Position numbers and translations under genes: made by a program. Source: Thermoplasmatales archaeon (GTDB lineage Archaea; Thermoplasmatota; Penumbrarchaeia; Penumbrarchaeales; Penumbrarchaeaceae). From it: 64,000 bases of DNA. The notes beneath the pieces were generated by a model, which worked only from the letters and a program-made list of their open reading frames with translations, was not told the DNA's origin and ran no database searches. The DNA is taken from positions 1,418 through 65,417 of the forward strand of contig JAUVCN010000001.1 of assembly GCA_030595715.1 (NCBI GenBank), written 5' to 3'. How positions within the stretch are numbered: position 1 is the first letter of the stretch; every line of letters begins with the position of its first letter. Below, one piece after another: positions 24,502 through 32,933 of this stretch.

Positions 24502-25626
24502 ATGACCATGAATGACCAATGGGCCCATGTTGAGGTCCTGAGGCTTGGTCACAGACCTGAGAGAGATAAACGTATCACAACACATGTTGCACTTGTAGCG
24601 AGAGCCTTCGGAGCTTCTTCGATCCATATTGATACCAAGGATCCTTCCCTGGAGAGGAACATTGAGAGCGTCACCGATCGCTTTGGTGGTGATTTCAGGA
24701 TAGAGACAGGTGTCCCAAGAAAGAGAGTGATGGGAAGATGGGCCGGGACCATAGTTCATCTGACGATGTATGGAGCCCCACTTGACGATACGATCAGGGA
24801 GATCCCGGAAGGAGAGGATGTCCTCGTGATCGTTGGGGCGGAGAAGGTGCCTGCCGATGTCTATGACCTTGCCCATTTCAATATCGCCGTGGCAAATCAA
24901 CCCCATTCCGAGGTATCCGCACTTGCCCTGTTCCTTGATCGATTGTTCAAGGGAAAGGAGATAAAGCGTACCCTTGGCGGTGGAGAGGTAAAGATACATC
25001 CCACGAATGTGGGAAAGATCGTTGCTGACCATAACGATATTACTTTCGAACAGATCATCGATCCTTTTGAAATGGACATCGATCCCGTTCCTTCAAAGGA
25101 GGATTGCCTTGGACTTCTCCTGGCCCTTGGGATCTCGAGACCGGTCCTGACCCATCTGAAAGAAGTCCATAGACTCGGAATGGAAATGGTCAAGGCCTCC
25201 CGCAAGATCGGAACCCTGCCGGATCTGGACCTGGGCCTGCTCGAGGCCGGCCTTCTGTTGCATGATATCGGAAGGGCAAGGACCCATTCGATCAGGCATG
25301 TAACGCTGGGAGCGGAACTTGCCAGTAAATTGGGACTGGATGAAAGGATCGTCTCGATCATTCATAACCATATAGGGGCGGGCATCACAAAGGGTGAAGC
25401 ATCGGATATCGGCCTTCCAGCGGAGGATCATATCCCGTTGACACTGGAGGAGATGATAGTTTGCCACGCGGATAATCTGGTGGGCGATCACAAGCGCAGA
25501 CCACTATCTGCAGCATTGGAAAGATTGCGGATCAAGGGCGCGAATGCTGCGATAGCCAGAATGGAAGCGCTTCATGAAGAGCTCGAGACATTACTTGGAA
25601 TTGATATCGATGAATTGATAGGGTGA
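24502..25626 (+). CDS. tRNA (cytidine56-2'-O)-methyltransferase aTrm56 (SPOUT) fused to a C-terminal HD-domain phosphohydrolase
   Basis: The N-terminal roughly 180 aa carry the aTrm56 signature VLRLGHRPERDKRITTHVALVARAFGA. The C-terminal roughly 185 aa carry an HD motif LLLHDIGRARTHSIRH...IHNHIGAGI...CHADNLV. Confidence 0.8.
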   Translation: MTMNDQWAHVEVLRLGHRPERDKRITTHVALVARAFGASSIHIDTKDPSLERNIESVTDRFGGDFRIETGVPRKRVMGRWAGTIVHLTMYGAPLDDTIREIPEGEDVLVIVGAEKVPADVYDLAHFNIAVANQPHSEVSALALFLDRLFKGKEIKRTLGGGEVKIHPTNVGKIVADHNDITFEQIIDPFEMDIDPVPSKEDCLGLLLALGISRPVLTHLKEVHRLGMEMVKASRKIGTLPDLDLGLLEAGLLLHDIGRARTHSIRHVTLGAELASKLGLDERIVSIIHNHIGAGITKGEASDIGLPAEDHIPLTLEEMIVCHADNLVGDHKRRPLSAALERLRIKGANAAIARMEALHEELETLLGIDIDELIG

Positions 25627-25659
25627 CCATTCATCGCTCCTTATCCCAAGACAACCTAA

Positions 25660-25899
25660 ATGTTCTTATTACATTTCCTCCTTGCAGGTGTTGGTGTGCC
25701 AATGCAGAAGTACAATAAGGAAAGCCTGAAGCAAGAAAAAAGCAGGGTGAACCACCTCCTTGACGAAGAGAATAGACATTGTGCGAAGTGCAAGGATAAG
25801 AAGATCTTTGGTTGCGAGGGCTGTTTCCATGACAGGAGAAAGAAAGCCCTACTGATCAGGAAAGAGAACAACATTGCTGCAATGGCTGCACAGAAATGA
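25660..25899 (+). CDS. Small C4 zinc-ribbon protein (the start may be the ATG at 25702)
   Basis: CAKC...CEGC arrangement. The stop TGA overlaps the glyS ATG (ATGA), which suggests translational coupling. Confidence 0.4.
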   Translation: MFLLHFLLAGVGVPMQKYNKESLKQEKSRVNHLLDEENRHCAKCKDKKIFGCEGCFHDRRKKALLIRKENNIAAMAAQK

Positions 25900-27710
25900 T
25901 TTCCACCGGTGGTCAGATGTCCGGATCCCCTATTGACCCTGATAATGGGAAAGCGTCTGAACTCTCAGCTCTCCTGAAACGAAGAGGATTCTTCTTCCCT
26001 TCCTACGAGATCTACGGTGGAGTCGCCGGATTCTTCGACATGGGGCCGATGGGCTCTCTCCTCAAGGATAATATTATCAAAAAATGGAAGGATCGGTTTG
26101 TTATCGAGGAGGGATTCCTGCTTGTGGACTGTCCATCTATCGCCCCAGAGGTCGTTTTCAGACATTCAGGTCATCTTGACAAATTCTCTGACATGCTGAC
26201 AAGATGCACCGATTGCTCCGAACCTTTCAGGGCTGATCATCTGCTGGACGATATCATTGAAAATGCAGATTCCTTGTCAGAGGACGAATTATTTACTGCT
26301 CTGAAGGAAAATGATGTGAAATGCCCGAATTGCGGCGGATCGCTCGGCCCTCTTGAAGAGTTCAATCTTATGTTCAAGACATATATAGGTACAGGCTCAG
26401 ATCGTCCCGCTTTCCTCAGACCCGAGACGGCACAATCCATCTTCTTAGATTTCCCTCTGCTTTACAGAACGAACAGGGAAAAGATACCTTTCGGTGTTGC
26501 ACAGATCGGCAAGGGGTTCAGGAATGAGATATCACCAAGACAGGGACTCCTCAGACAGAGAGAGTTCCATATGGCCGAGGGAGAGTTCTTCTTCGACCCC
26601 GAAGCAGATGGATTTCCTGCCTTCGACACCTACAGGGACCTCAAGGTGAACCTTGTTGCCAACACCGATCCGGATAATTCCATTCGAAAAGAGCTATCCT
26701 CGGCAGTTTCCGAGGGAATGATCTGTTCAGAGGTCTTGGGATATTTCATGGGAGTGACCCATTCATTCGCCAGAGAGATCGGCATACCAGAGGACAGAAT
26801 GAGGTTCAGAGAGCATCTTGATACAGAGATGGCACATTACGCAAGGGATTGTTGGGACCTGGAGGTTCTAACATCCTATGGATGGATCGAAATGGTGGGA
26901 ATTGCCGATAGATCCGCATACGATCTCGAACAGCACACGAAGGGATCGGGACAGGAAATGACGGCAATGAGAAGATATCCGGAACCGATCCAGAAAGAGG
27001 TCACAACGATCTCCGTGAACATGAAGGTCCTTGGACCGATCTTCAGGGGAGCGGCAAAGGAAGTGAACGATGCTGTTTCTCTTCTTGACCCGGCCGCTGT
27101 CAAGGAATTGCTGGAGACAGGCGAACCTGTAAAAGTGGTCATTTCACAGGGTGAAGTAGAGGTACCTCCGGGATCACTTTCCATAGCGACCGAGGAGAAG
27201 AGAGTGGCGGGTGAAAGATTTACCCCACACGTTGTCGAACCATCGTTCGGTATAGATAGATTGATGGTAGCGGTGATCGAACACGCCTATTTTGAAGCGG
27301 AGAAGAGCCCCCTCAGGGAAGAGGCATCTGATGGGGAAGGTCCATACCGTGTTATGAGGCTGCTCCCGTCGATCTCACCCGTGAAATGCGGTGTATTCCC
27401 ATTGATGAACAAGGATGGGCTTCCGGAATTGGCCATCCCGATCGAAAAAGACCTCAGAAAGTGTGGTCTGATCACATATTACGATCATTCAGGTTCCATC
27501 GGCAGAAGATATGCGAGGATGGATGAGATAGGAACCCCCTTCAATGTGACCATCGATTACGAGTCAAAGGACGACGGCTGTGTTACCATCAGAGAGAGGG
27601 ATACAGGCATCCAGAAACGGGTACCTATTTCACGGATCGTTAACGTGATCAGTGACCTTGTTTCCGAGAAGATCATCTTTGATGATCTGGATCAGCCGGT
27701 CATCTCCTGA
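25896..27710 (+). CDS. glyS: Glycine--tRNA ligase (archaeal/eukaryotic-type class II)
   Basis: 604 aa with class II motifs, an inserted Zn-binding segment (CTDC...CPNCG) and a C-terminal anticodon-binding domain. Confidence 0.95.
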   Translation: MISTGGQMSGSPIDPDNGKASELSALLKRRGFFFPSYEIYGGVAGFFDMGPMGSLLKDNIIKKWKDRFVIEEGFLLVDCPSIAPEVVFRHSGHLDKFSDMLTRCTDCSEPFRADHLLDDIIENADSLSEDELFTALKENDVKCPNCGGSLGPLEEFNLMFKTYIGTGSDRPAFLRPETAQSIFLDFPLLYRTNREKIPFGVAQIGKGFRNEISPRQGLLRQREFHMAEGEFFFDPEADGFPAFDTYRDLKVNLVANTDPDNSIRKELSSAVSEGMICSEVLGYFMGVTHSFAREIGIPEDRMRFREHLDTEMAHYARDCWDLEVLTSYGWIEMVGIADRSAYDLEQHTKGSGQEMTAMRRYPEPIQKEVTTISVNMKVLGPIFRGAAKEVNDAVSLLDPAAVKELLETGEPVKVVISQGEVEVPPGSLSIATEEKRVAGERFTPHVVEPSFGIDRLMVAVIEHAYFEAEKSPLREEASDGEGPYRVMRLLPSISPVKCGVFPLMNKDGLPELAIPIEKDLRKCGLITYYDHSGSIGRRYARMDEIGTPFNVTIDYESKDDGCVTIRERDTGIQKRVPISRIVNVISDLVSEKIIFDDLDQPVIS

Positions 27711-28458
27711 TGATCTTCTTCAGAATGAAGAACGGCAGTGATAGGACCAGACCGAAAAGGCAAAGCACGAGTCCTATTGCAACGATCCATCCCATTGTAT
27801 CTATCAAGAAGTTACCCACAGGTGCATCCCATCCGAGGCCACTGAGCAGATTGTCCTGGACCAGTGCCCATACGATGATCAGGACCGTGAACAATGTCAG
27901 ACCCAACCATGAGTTCTTGAAATCCTGTTTGGAGGGGGCCATCGCAGTGGTCAACGATGCAGCCAGGTATAGGTAGAGAATGAACCAGAGGGACCTGTTA
28001 TCGAACAGATTTATCTTGATCAGGTCAAAAGCGGATCTGAATGTGCCGATCAGCATGGAACCCACATTCCATTCGATCGAATGGGTCCATGTGAGATCGC
28101 AGTTGAAGGACCCTACATTATCAAAAAGGAGTGCCAGCAAGATCAACAGAAGTGGGATCCCAAAGAAAGGGGCCATTGAAATGAAAGCCTGTGATAAAAC
28201 ACCACCCCTTTCGGGAGGACCATGCGTAACCGAACCTCCCTCACTACTTATCAATTTGACATTAGTTACATGAGCCCCTGTTATCTTGCAGGCAGCATAA
28301 TGGCTCAGTTCGTGAATGATTATACCTGGCGCCGCAAACACGAGATATATCCATCTACCCAGAGACATCGCCCACATCCTGTCAAGGAAATATGAACAGA
28401 CGATCAGAACGGCAAACCAGAATAGTAGGTCAATAACAGATGATAGCATTGCGATCAC
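27700..28458 (-). CDS. Polytopic membrane protein with an HExxH zinc-metalloprotease motif (M50/DUF3267-like)
   Basis: 252 aa with about 6 TM helices. HELSHY lies at the end of TM2. The gene is convergent with glyS and the two overlap by 11 nt. Confidence 0.6.
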   Translation of the reverse strand: MIAMLSSVIDLLFWFAVLIVCSYFLDRMWAMSLGRWIYLVFAAPGIIIHELSHYAACKITGAHVTNVKLISSEGGSVTHGPPERGGVLSQAFISMAPFFGIPLLLILLALLFDNVGSFNCDLTWTHSIEWNVGSMLIGTFRSAFDLIKINLFDNRSLWFILYLYLAASLTTAMAPSKQDFKNSWLGLTLFTVLIIVWALVQDNLLSGLGWDAPVGNFLIDTMGWIVAIGLVLCLFGLVLSLPFFILKKIIRR

Positions 28459-28530
28459 GATTACATCTTGAAAATATTAAAGTTTATCTAACGGGGAAGG
28501 AATGGATGGGATAGTATCGATCATCCTGCA

Positions 28531-28890
28531 ATACCGTTGTGCGCACTTTGGTTTTTTATAATAATCATATTCTAATCGATAAAACCAAAGTCAATAAAAA
28601 CAAAGAAAAAATGCCGAAATTTCTCGTAAATTGCTCACGTTACTTGTCGATATTCTCGCAATTTCGAGATGCTGCAGCAATGGATCGTCGATTCTACATT
28701 ACCATTGTGCGCACTTTGGTTTTTTACATTAATCATATTCTAGTCAATAAAACCAAAGTCAATAAAAACAAAGAAAAAATGCCGAAATTTCTCGTAAATT
28801 GCTCACGTTACTTGTCGATATTCTCGCAATTTCGAGATGCTGCAGCAATGGTTCGTCAATTATATACTACCATTGTGCGTGTCTTGAAAT
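28531..28890. repeat. Intergenic 168-bp tandem direct repeat, 2 full copies plus about 20 bp of a third, roughly 94% identical
   Basis: The units start at 28534, 28702 and 28870 (ccgttgtgcgcactttggtttttt...). Each unit holds an 11-bp inverted repeat (actttggtttt / aaaaccaaagt) around an AT-rich loop. Confidence 0.85.
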
Positions 28891-29039
28891 TCCATAACAG
28901 CTATAAATCGCTCAGCAATTTCAAGATCTCGTCAATTACATATTGATACGCAAGTTCGAGATCCCGTTCAATTAAACCGTCAATATCTCATTTCATTGAA
29001 CGGATTTTTATTTTCGACACTGATTATACATTGATCAAG

Positions 29040-29080
29040 AAAATAAAAAAAAGGGGAGCTGTTTCCAGCCCCCCATGGTC
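29040..29080 (-). terminator. Hairpin plus oligo-U terminator after the TSP3 surface-protein gene
   Basis: The minus-strand RNA is GGGGGGCUG-GAAA-CAGCUCCCC (9-bp stem, GAAA loop) followed by UUUUUUUUAUUUUC. Confidence 0.6.
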
Positions 29081-29095
29081 AGGTATTGTTATCCT

Positions 29096-32000
29096 TCAAT
29101 CCTTTCTGACCTGATCGATGGGAAAGACCAGCACAGGAAGGACCTCATCCAGACCGATCCTTGCGAGTATCTCATTGATGGTCTCCACCATTTCATCAAC
29201 ATCTATTTCCGGTGTCCCGACCGAGATCGTCAGGATCCTTGATGAGGTCTCCTCGACAGCACCGAATTCAATGGTGGACCTACTTGGTCCAGTTTTTGGA
29301 ACTAGTATGTTTCCCTTTCCAGGCCATGAATCCTTATCAGTGGGGTCCGTATGTCCGCGGTATTCGTAATTATTGTTGTATTTGTCAGAATCATCATCCT
29401 CCTCTGCATCGGTGATACCATTCATATTGGTATCTTTCCTGTCCCCATAGAGTTTGCCGATGTAGTAATCAGGATTGATGCTCAGACCAAACGGAATGAA
29501 GATCCTTCTGCCAACAGTATCGGATGTTGACCATGGGTCCCATGTGACGTTGGTATCCTCGTAGATATAACACTCCGGCTTGTTCCACATGGTCCCATTG
29601 AACAGTTCTTCCCACCCTCTCGGGAGTGAATCATTGTCCTCGAAAGGCTGCGGATCTGATACGTTTCCAATGTAGTCGGTAACCCATACTTCCCAACCAT
29701 CGGGCATCATATCACCATCGGTATCATATCCTCCATTGATGTTGTATTCCAGGTCCCTTGGAGCTGGAGATGTTGTTATCTCATTGATACCATCATTATC
29801 AGGATCGAGACCGAACTGGTATTCGTAGAGATTGATCCACGGGAAGTAATATTCCACCAGCTCGAATTCCGTCTTTGCAGTGTTGAGCGGCGTCCAGATG
29901 GAGTAGACGAAACCGTCATGGTCAGCGTCGAGGGCCCAATCGTCCCCGTCCAGAGGATCGAGGATCCAGGCATACTTCCTCTTCTCAGCATTGTAGAGAG
30001 GAGCACCCCTGTTCTCATCAGCCAGTTCCCAACCATCGGGCATACCATCGCCGTCCGTATCCCATTTCAGTGGGTCCGTACCGTTCTGGTATTCTTCCCA
30101 GTTGGTCAGACCATCGTTGTCCGGATCATCGAACACATCCGAAGGGATCCTGGGGTTGACTACCCAGAAGTGTCCGCCAGGCTGGAGGTTCTGCCAGTAG
30201 TTGGTGGAATAGGTCCTGTCATACCAGAGGATGATCGACTTCGTGTCGGATGATTTGATTATCTTACCATATCGATATTCCCAACCGTCCGGAAGTCCAT
30301 CATAGTCTGTATCGGGTATGGTTGGATTGACCCTGTCATCGGTGGACCAGACGTCACCAAGCTCCACATCGGAGTAGTCACCATCCTGATTGGCGTCATA
30401 GTTATCGTTCCTGTCCCAGTCCACCAGCGGGAAGAAGTCCACAGTGTTCTCAAGACCATCTTCCATACCATCGTTATCAGTATCAGGATCATTTGGATCG
30501 GTGATCCATTCCCTGTAGTTCGGTATCCTGAACAGCTCATCGAAATCGGACATCACATCATGGTCAGTATCCTTCTTGTTTGGATCTGTCCTTACAATAC
30601 CAAGCCTGGACTGTGACCAGATCTTGACGGTATCGATACCGAACAGTTCGTCCACATCATGCCATCCGTCAAGGTCAGTATCGGGGTTGGTTGCATTTGT
30701 CCTTTCAAAGAGAAGTACCTCCCCCTCTGCCTCATCGACCTCACCATCTCCGTCATCATCGAAGCCGTTGTCAGGAAGCACATATTTGGTCATTCCCCTT
30801 GTCTCTTCCCAGTCATCCAGTCTTCGTGATTGGTTACCCTGTTCTCCGCCGGCTTCGGATCCTCCGAAATCGTTATCGGAATCGGCAAGGGTCGCATTGG
30901 TGAAATAGATCGAGGCGATATCAGGATCATAGAAGTAATTGTCACCGATAAGCTCACCATAGAACCCGATCATCAACTCCTCACCATCGGTCAGCCCGTC
31001 ACCATCGGTGTCCGGGTCGTTGGGATTGGTCGATACCGGATACTGTAGTGTCCCCAGGAATTCCTGCAAGTTGGTCATACCATCAGGGATCCTGGTGAAT
31101 ACGACCTGTCCGGTCTCGGTGATGTTCCACCATCCATCATTGTCAGACTCGCCATCGGCGATCATTGGTGAAACGGTGTATATCGTTTTCCTTGAATCTG
31201 ATATCTTGTCCTCCAGGTCCTCCTTGGTGTTAAGAGCAGGTTCCTGCGAGATGATCTTGGCATTGTATGCCTCCCATCCGTCAAGCATCCCGTCACCATC
31301 GGTATCGGGGTTCTTAGGATCCGTCTGGAACCAGAGTGTATCCTTGTTGGGGAAGGCATTCTCGAGATAGTTCGGAAGACCATCGTTATCCAGATCCTTG
31401 AACCTGTCAGTGGAGTTCAACGGATCGAGACCGGTTTCCAGCTCCCAGCCGTCGAACATTCCATCACCATCGGAATCTGCCATATACGGGCAGGTCTTGA
31501 AATCGTTTATTCCGTCCCCGTTCCAGTCAACAGCCGACTTTGCATATTCAACGTTAAGCTCGATGAAGTCGTTGAGGATATATAGCTCACCTGTCAGGGC
31601 GTTGAAGTGGGAATCCCTATCAGTGTCCCAGAGCAAGGGTGAGGTATGGTTCTGATATTCTTCCCTGTTGGAGAGACCATCATTGAAGTAGATCATTATC
31701 TCTGTCTTCTGTCCACCGGAAACAGAGAATGCATACCTGATGTCAAGGTCGTATCCACCATCATTTGGATTGAGTGGTGATATCAGGTCCTTGCTCCATG
31801 CTACAGATGATGCAGAGGTCACTTCAAGTACCTGCTTCGGACCGATAACGGACGCTTCAAGCAGATTGTTGATGGATCCCTCATAGACCAGTGTATCCAA
31901 TCCTGTGAAGAACTCATCCTTGAATTCCTCGGCATAATGGATCTCCCAACCATCATCGATACCGTCGAGGTCAGTATCCCAGAGCGATGGATTCGTTGTG

Positions 32001-32707
32001 ACCGGTTTGTAGATCTGTGGAAGATAGGGATTGTATCTCAGATAATCATCTGCGATATCGTTGTCGATGTTCGTGGGATCGTTCATCAATCCATCGATGG
32101 GATCATCGTAAAGATGGAATCCACCTTTCATGCCGATCTCCTGCCAGTCAAGCACAGGATCCAGCTCACCAAAGGTAGGATCTCCCTTCTCGAAGGCCAT
32201 GGTGGTGAAGTTGAACTCCACTCCTCCCACATATTCCCTGAGATTGAACAGCTCCTCACTCTTGTCGATGACACCGTTGTTGTTCATATCGAATCCATCA
32301 CCATCAGGGTTTCCGTCCCAATCATTGGAGTTTGGATCAATGGTCAACCTCTCGGTGATCGGATTGGGTCTGCTGTAGAGAGCTTCCCACCCATCTTCCA
32401 TGCCATCATAGTCGGAGTCAGGTTTCCTCCAGTCTGTCCCGTAGATATAGTTCTCCTCGATATCGGAGAGCTTATCGGGCCAGTCCTGATATTCATTATC
32501 GATCAGCCTTACATCGGAGTCGGATTTCTTCACACCGACCCAGGAACGTTCAGCCTCCTCGTATGGTCCTCCTTCCTCGATCGCTCCGGTGTTCTCCCAG
32601 GGGACGAAAATATATATGAATATCATTCCGCCCACTGTGGCGATCACCAATCCTATCAAAACTGCTAGAAATTTTTGCATGTCAAGCTTGTCTGCTATGG
32701 ATCCCAT
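29096..32707 (-). CDS. N-terminally anchored giant surface protein with multiple thrombospondin type-3-like Ca-binding repeats
   Basis: 1203 aa with an N-terminal TM (FLAVLIGLVIATVGGMIFIYIF). There are at least 10 DxDxDGxxDGWE repeats, for example DTDGDGMLDGWE, DTDGDGMPDGWE and DPDNDGLTNWEE. Confidence 0.8.
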   Translation of the reverse strand: MGSIADKLDMQKFLAVLIGLVIATVGGMIFIYIFVPWENTGAIEEGGPYEEAERSWVGVKKSDSDVRLIDNEYQDWPDKLSDIEENYIYGTDWRKPDSDYDGMEDGWEALYSRPNPITERLTIDPNSNDWDGNPDGDGFDMNNNGVIDKSEELFNLREYVGGVEFNFTTMAFEKGDPTFGELDPVLDWQEIGMKGGFHLYDDPIDGLMNDPTNIDNDIADDYLRYNPYLPQIYKPVTTNPSLWDTDLDGIDDGWEIHYAEEFKDEFFTGLDTLVYEGSINNLLEASVIGPKQVLEVTSASSVAWSKDLISPLNPNDGGYDLDIRYAFSVSGGQKTEIMIYFNDGLSNREEYQNHTSPLLWDTDRDSHFNALTGELYILNDFIELNVEYAKSAVDWNGDGINDFKTCPYMADSDGDGMFDGWELETGLDPLNSTDRFKDLDNDGLPNYLENAFPNKDTLWFQTDPKNPDTDGDGMLDGWEAYNAKIISQEPALNTKEDLEDKISDSRKTIYTVSPMIADGESDNDGWWNITETGQVVFTRIPDGMTNLQEFLGTLQYPVSTNPNDPDTDGDGLTDGEELMIGFYGELIGDNYFYDPDIASIYFTNATLADSDNDFGGSEAGGEQGNQSRRLDDWEETRGMTKYVLPDNGFDDDGDGEVDEAEGEVLLFERTNATNPDTDLDGWHDVDELFGIDTVKIWSQSRLGIVRTDPNKKDTDHDVMSDFDELFRIPNYREWITDPNDPDTDNDGMEDGLENTVDFFPLVDWDRNDNYDANQDGDYSDVELGDVWSTDDRVNPTIPDTDYDGLPDGWEYRYGKIIKSSDTKSIILWYDRTYSTNYWQNLQPGGHFWVVNPRIPSDVFDDPDNDGLTNWEEYQNGTDPLKWDTDGDGMPDGWELADENRGAPLYNAEKRKYAWILDPLDGDDWALDADHDGFVYSIWTPLNTAKTEFELVEYYFPWINLYEYQFGLDPDNDGINEITTSPAPRDLEYNINGGYDTDGDMMPDGWEVWVTDYIGNVSDPQPFEDNDSLPRGWEELFNGTMWNKPECYIYEDTNVTWDPWSTSDTVGRRIFIPFGLSINPDYYIGKLYGDRKDTNMNGITDAEEDDDSDKYNNNYEYRGHTDPTDKDSWPGKGNILVPKTGPSRSTIEFGAVEETSSRILTISVGTPEIDVDEMVETINEILARIGLDEVLPVLVFPIDQVRKD

Positions 32708-32933
32708 TATATTGCCTCCACGGACAAAATGGCCGGCTCAATATATCGCCATGAAATAACCGTTCCTTTATTAAATCTTTTGGAGAACCTGGCCAGAGGC
32801 CAGGATCACCTGATAAACCGTTCCTTACCCTCAGGTTTGTCAATGGTAATTTGACACTTGTAACTATATAAGCTTGATCATCACATGAACAGGATATCCA
32901 GCTTTGAACAATGAAGCTCCAAAGGGGCCCGAC

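Noticed and set aside
28531-28890. Could the direct repeats be a CRISPR array?
   Set aside because: The unit is 168 bp with no interspersed unique spacers. It is a simple tandem duplication and has no cas genes nearby.
28539-28946. 135-aa plus-strand ORF spanning the 168-bp tandem repeats.
   Set aside because: The protein merely mirrors the DNA repeat (the sequence reappears after 56 aa), is low-complexity and AT-codon dominated, and has no RBS. It is most likely non-coding.
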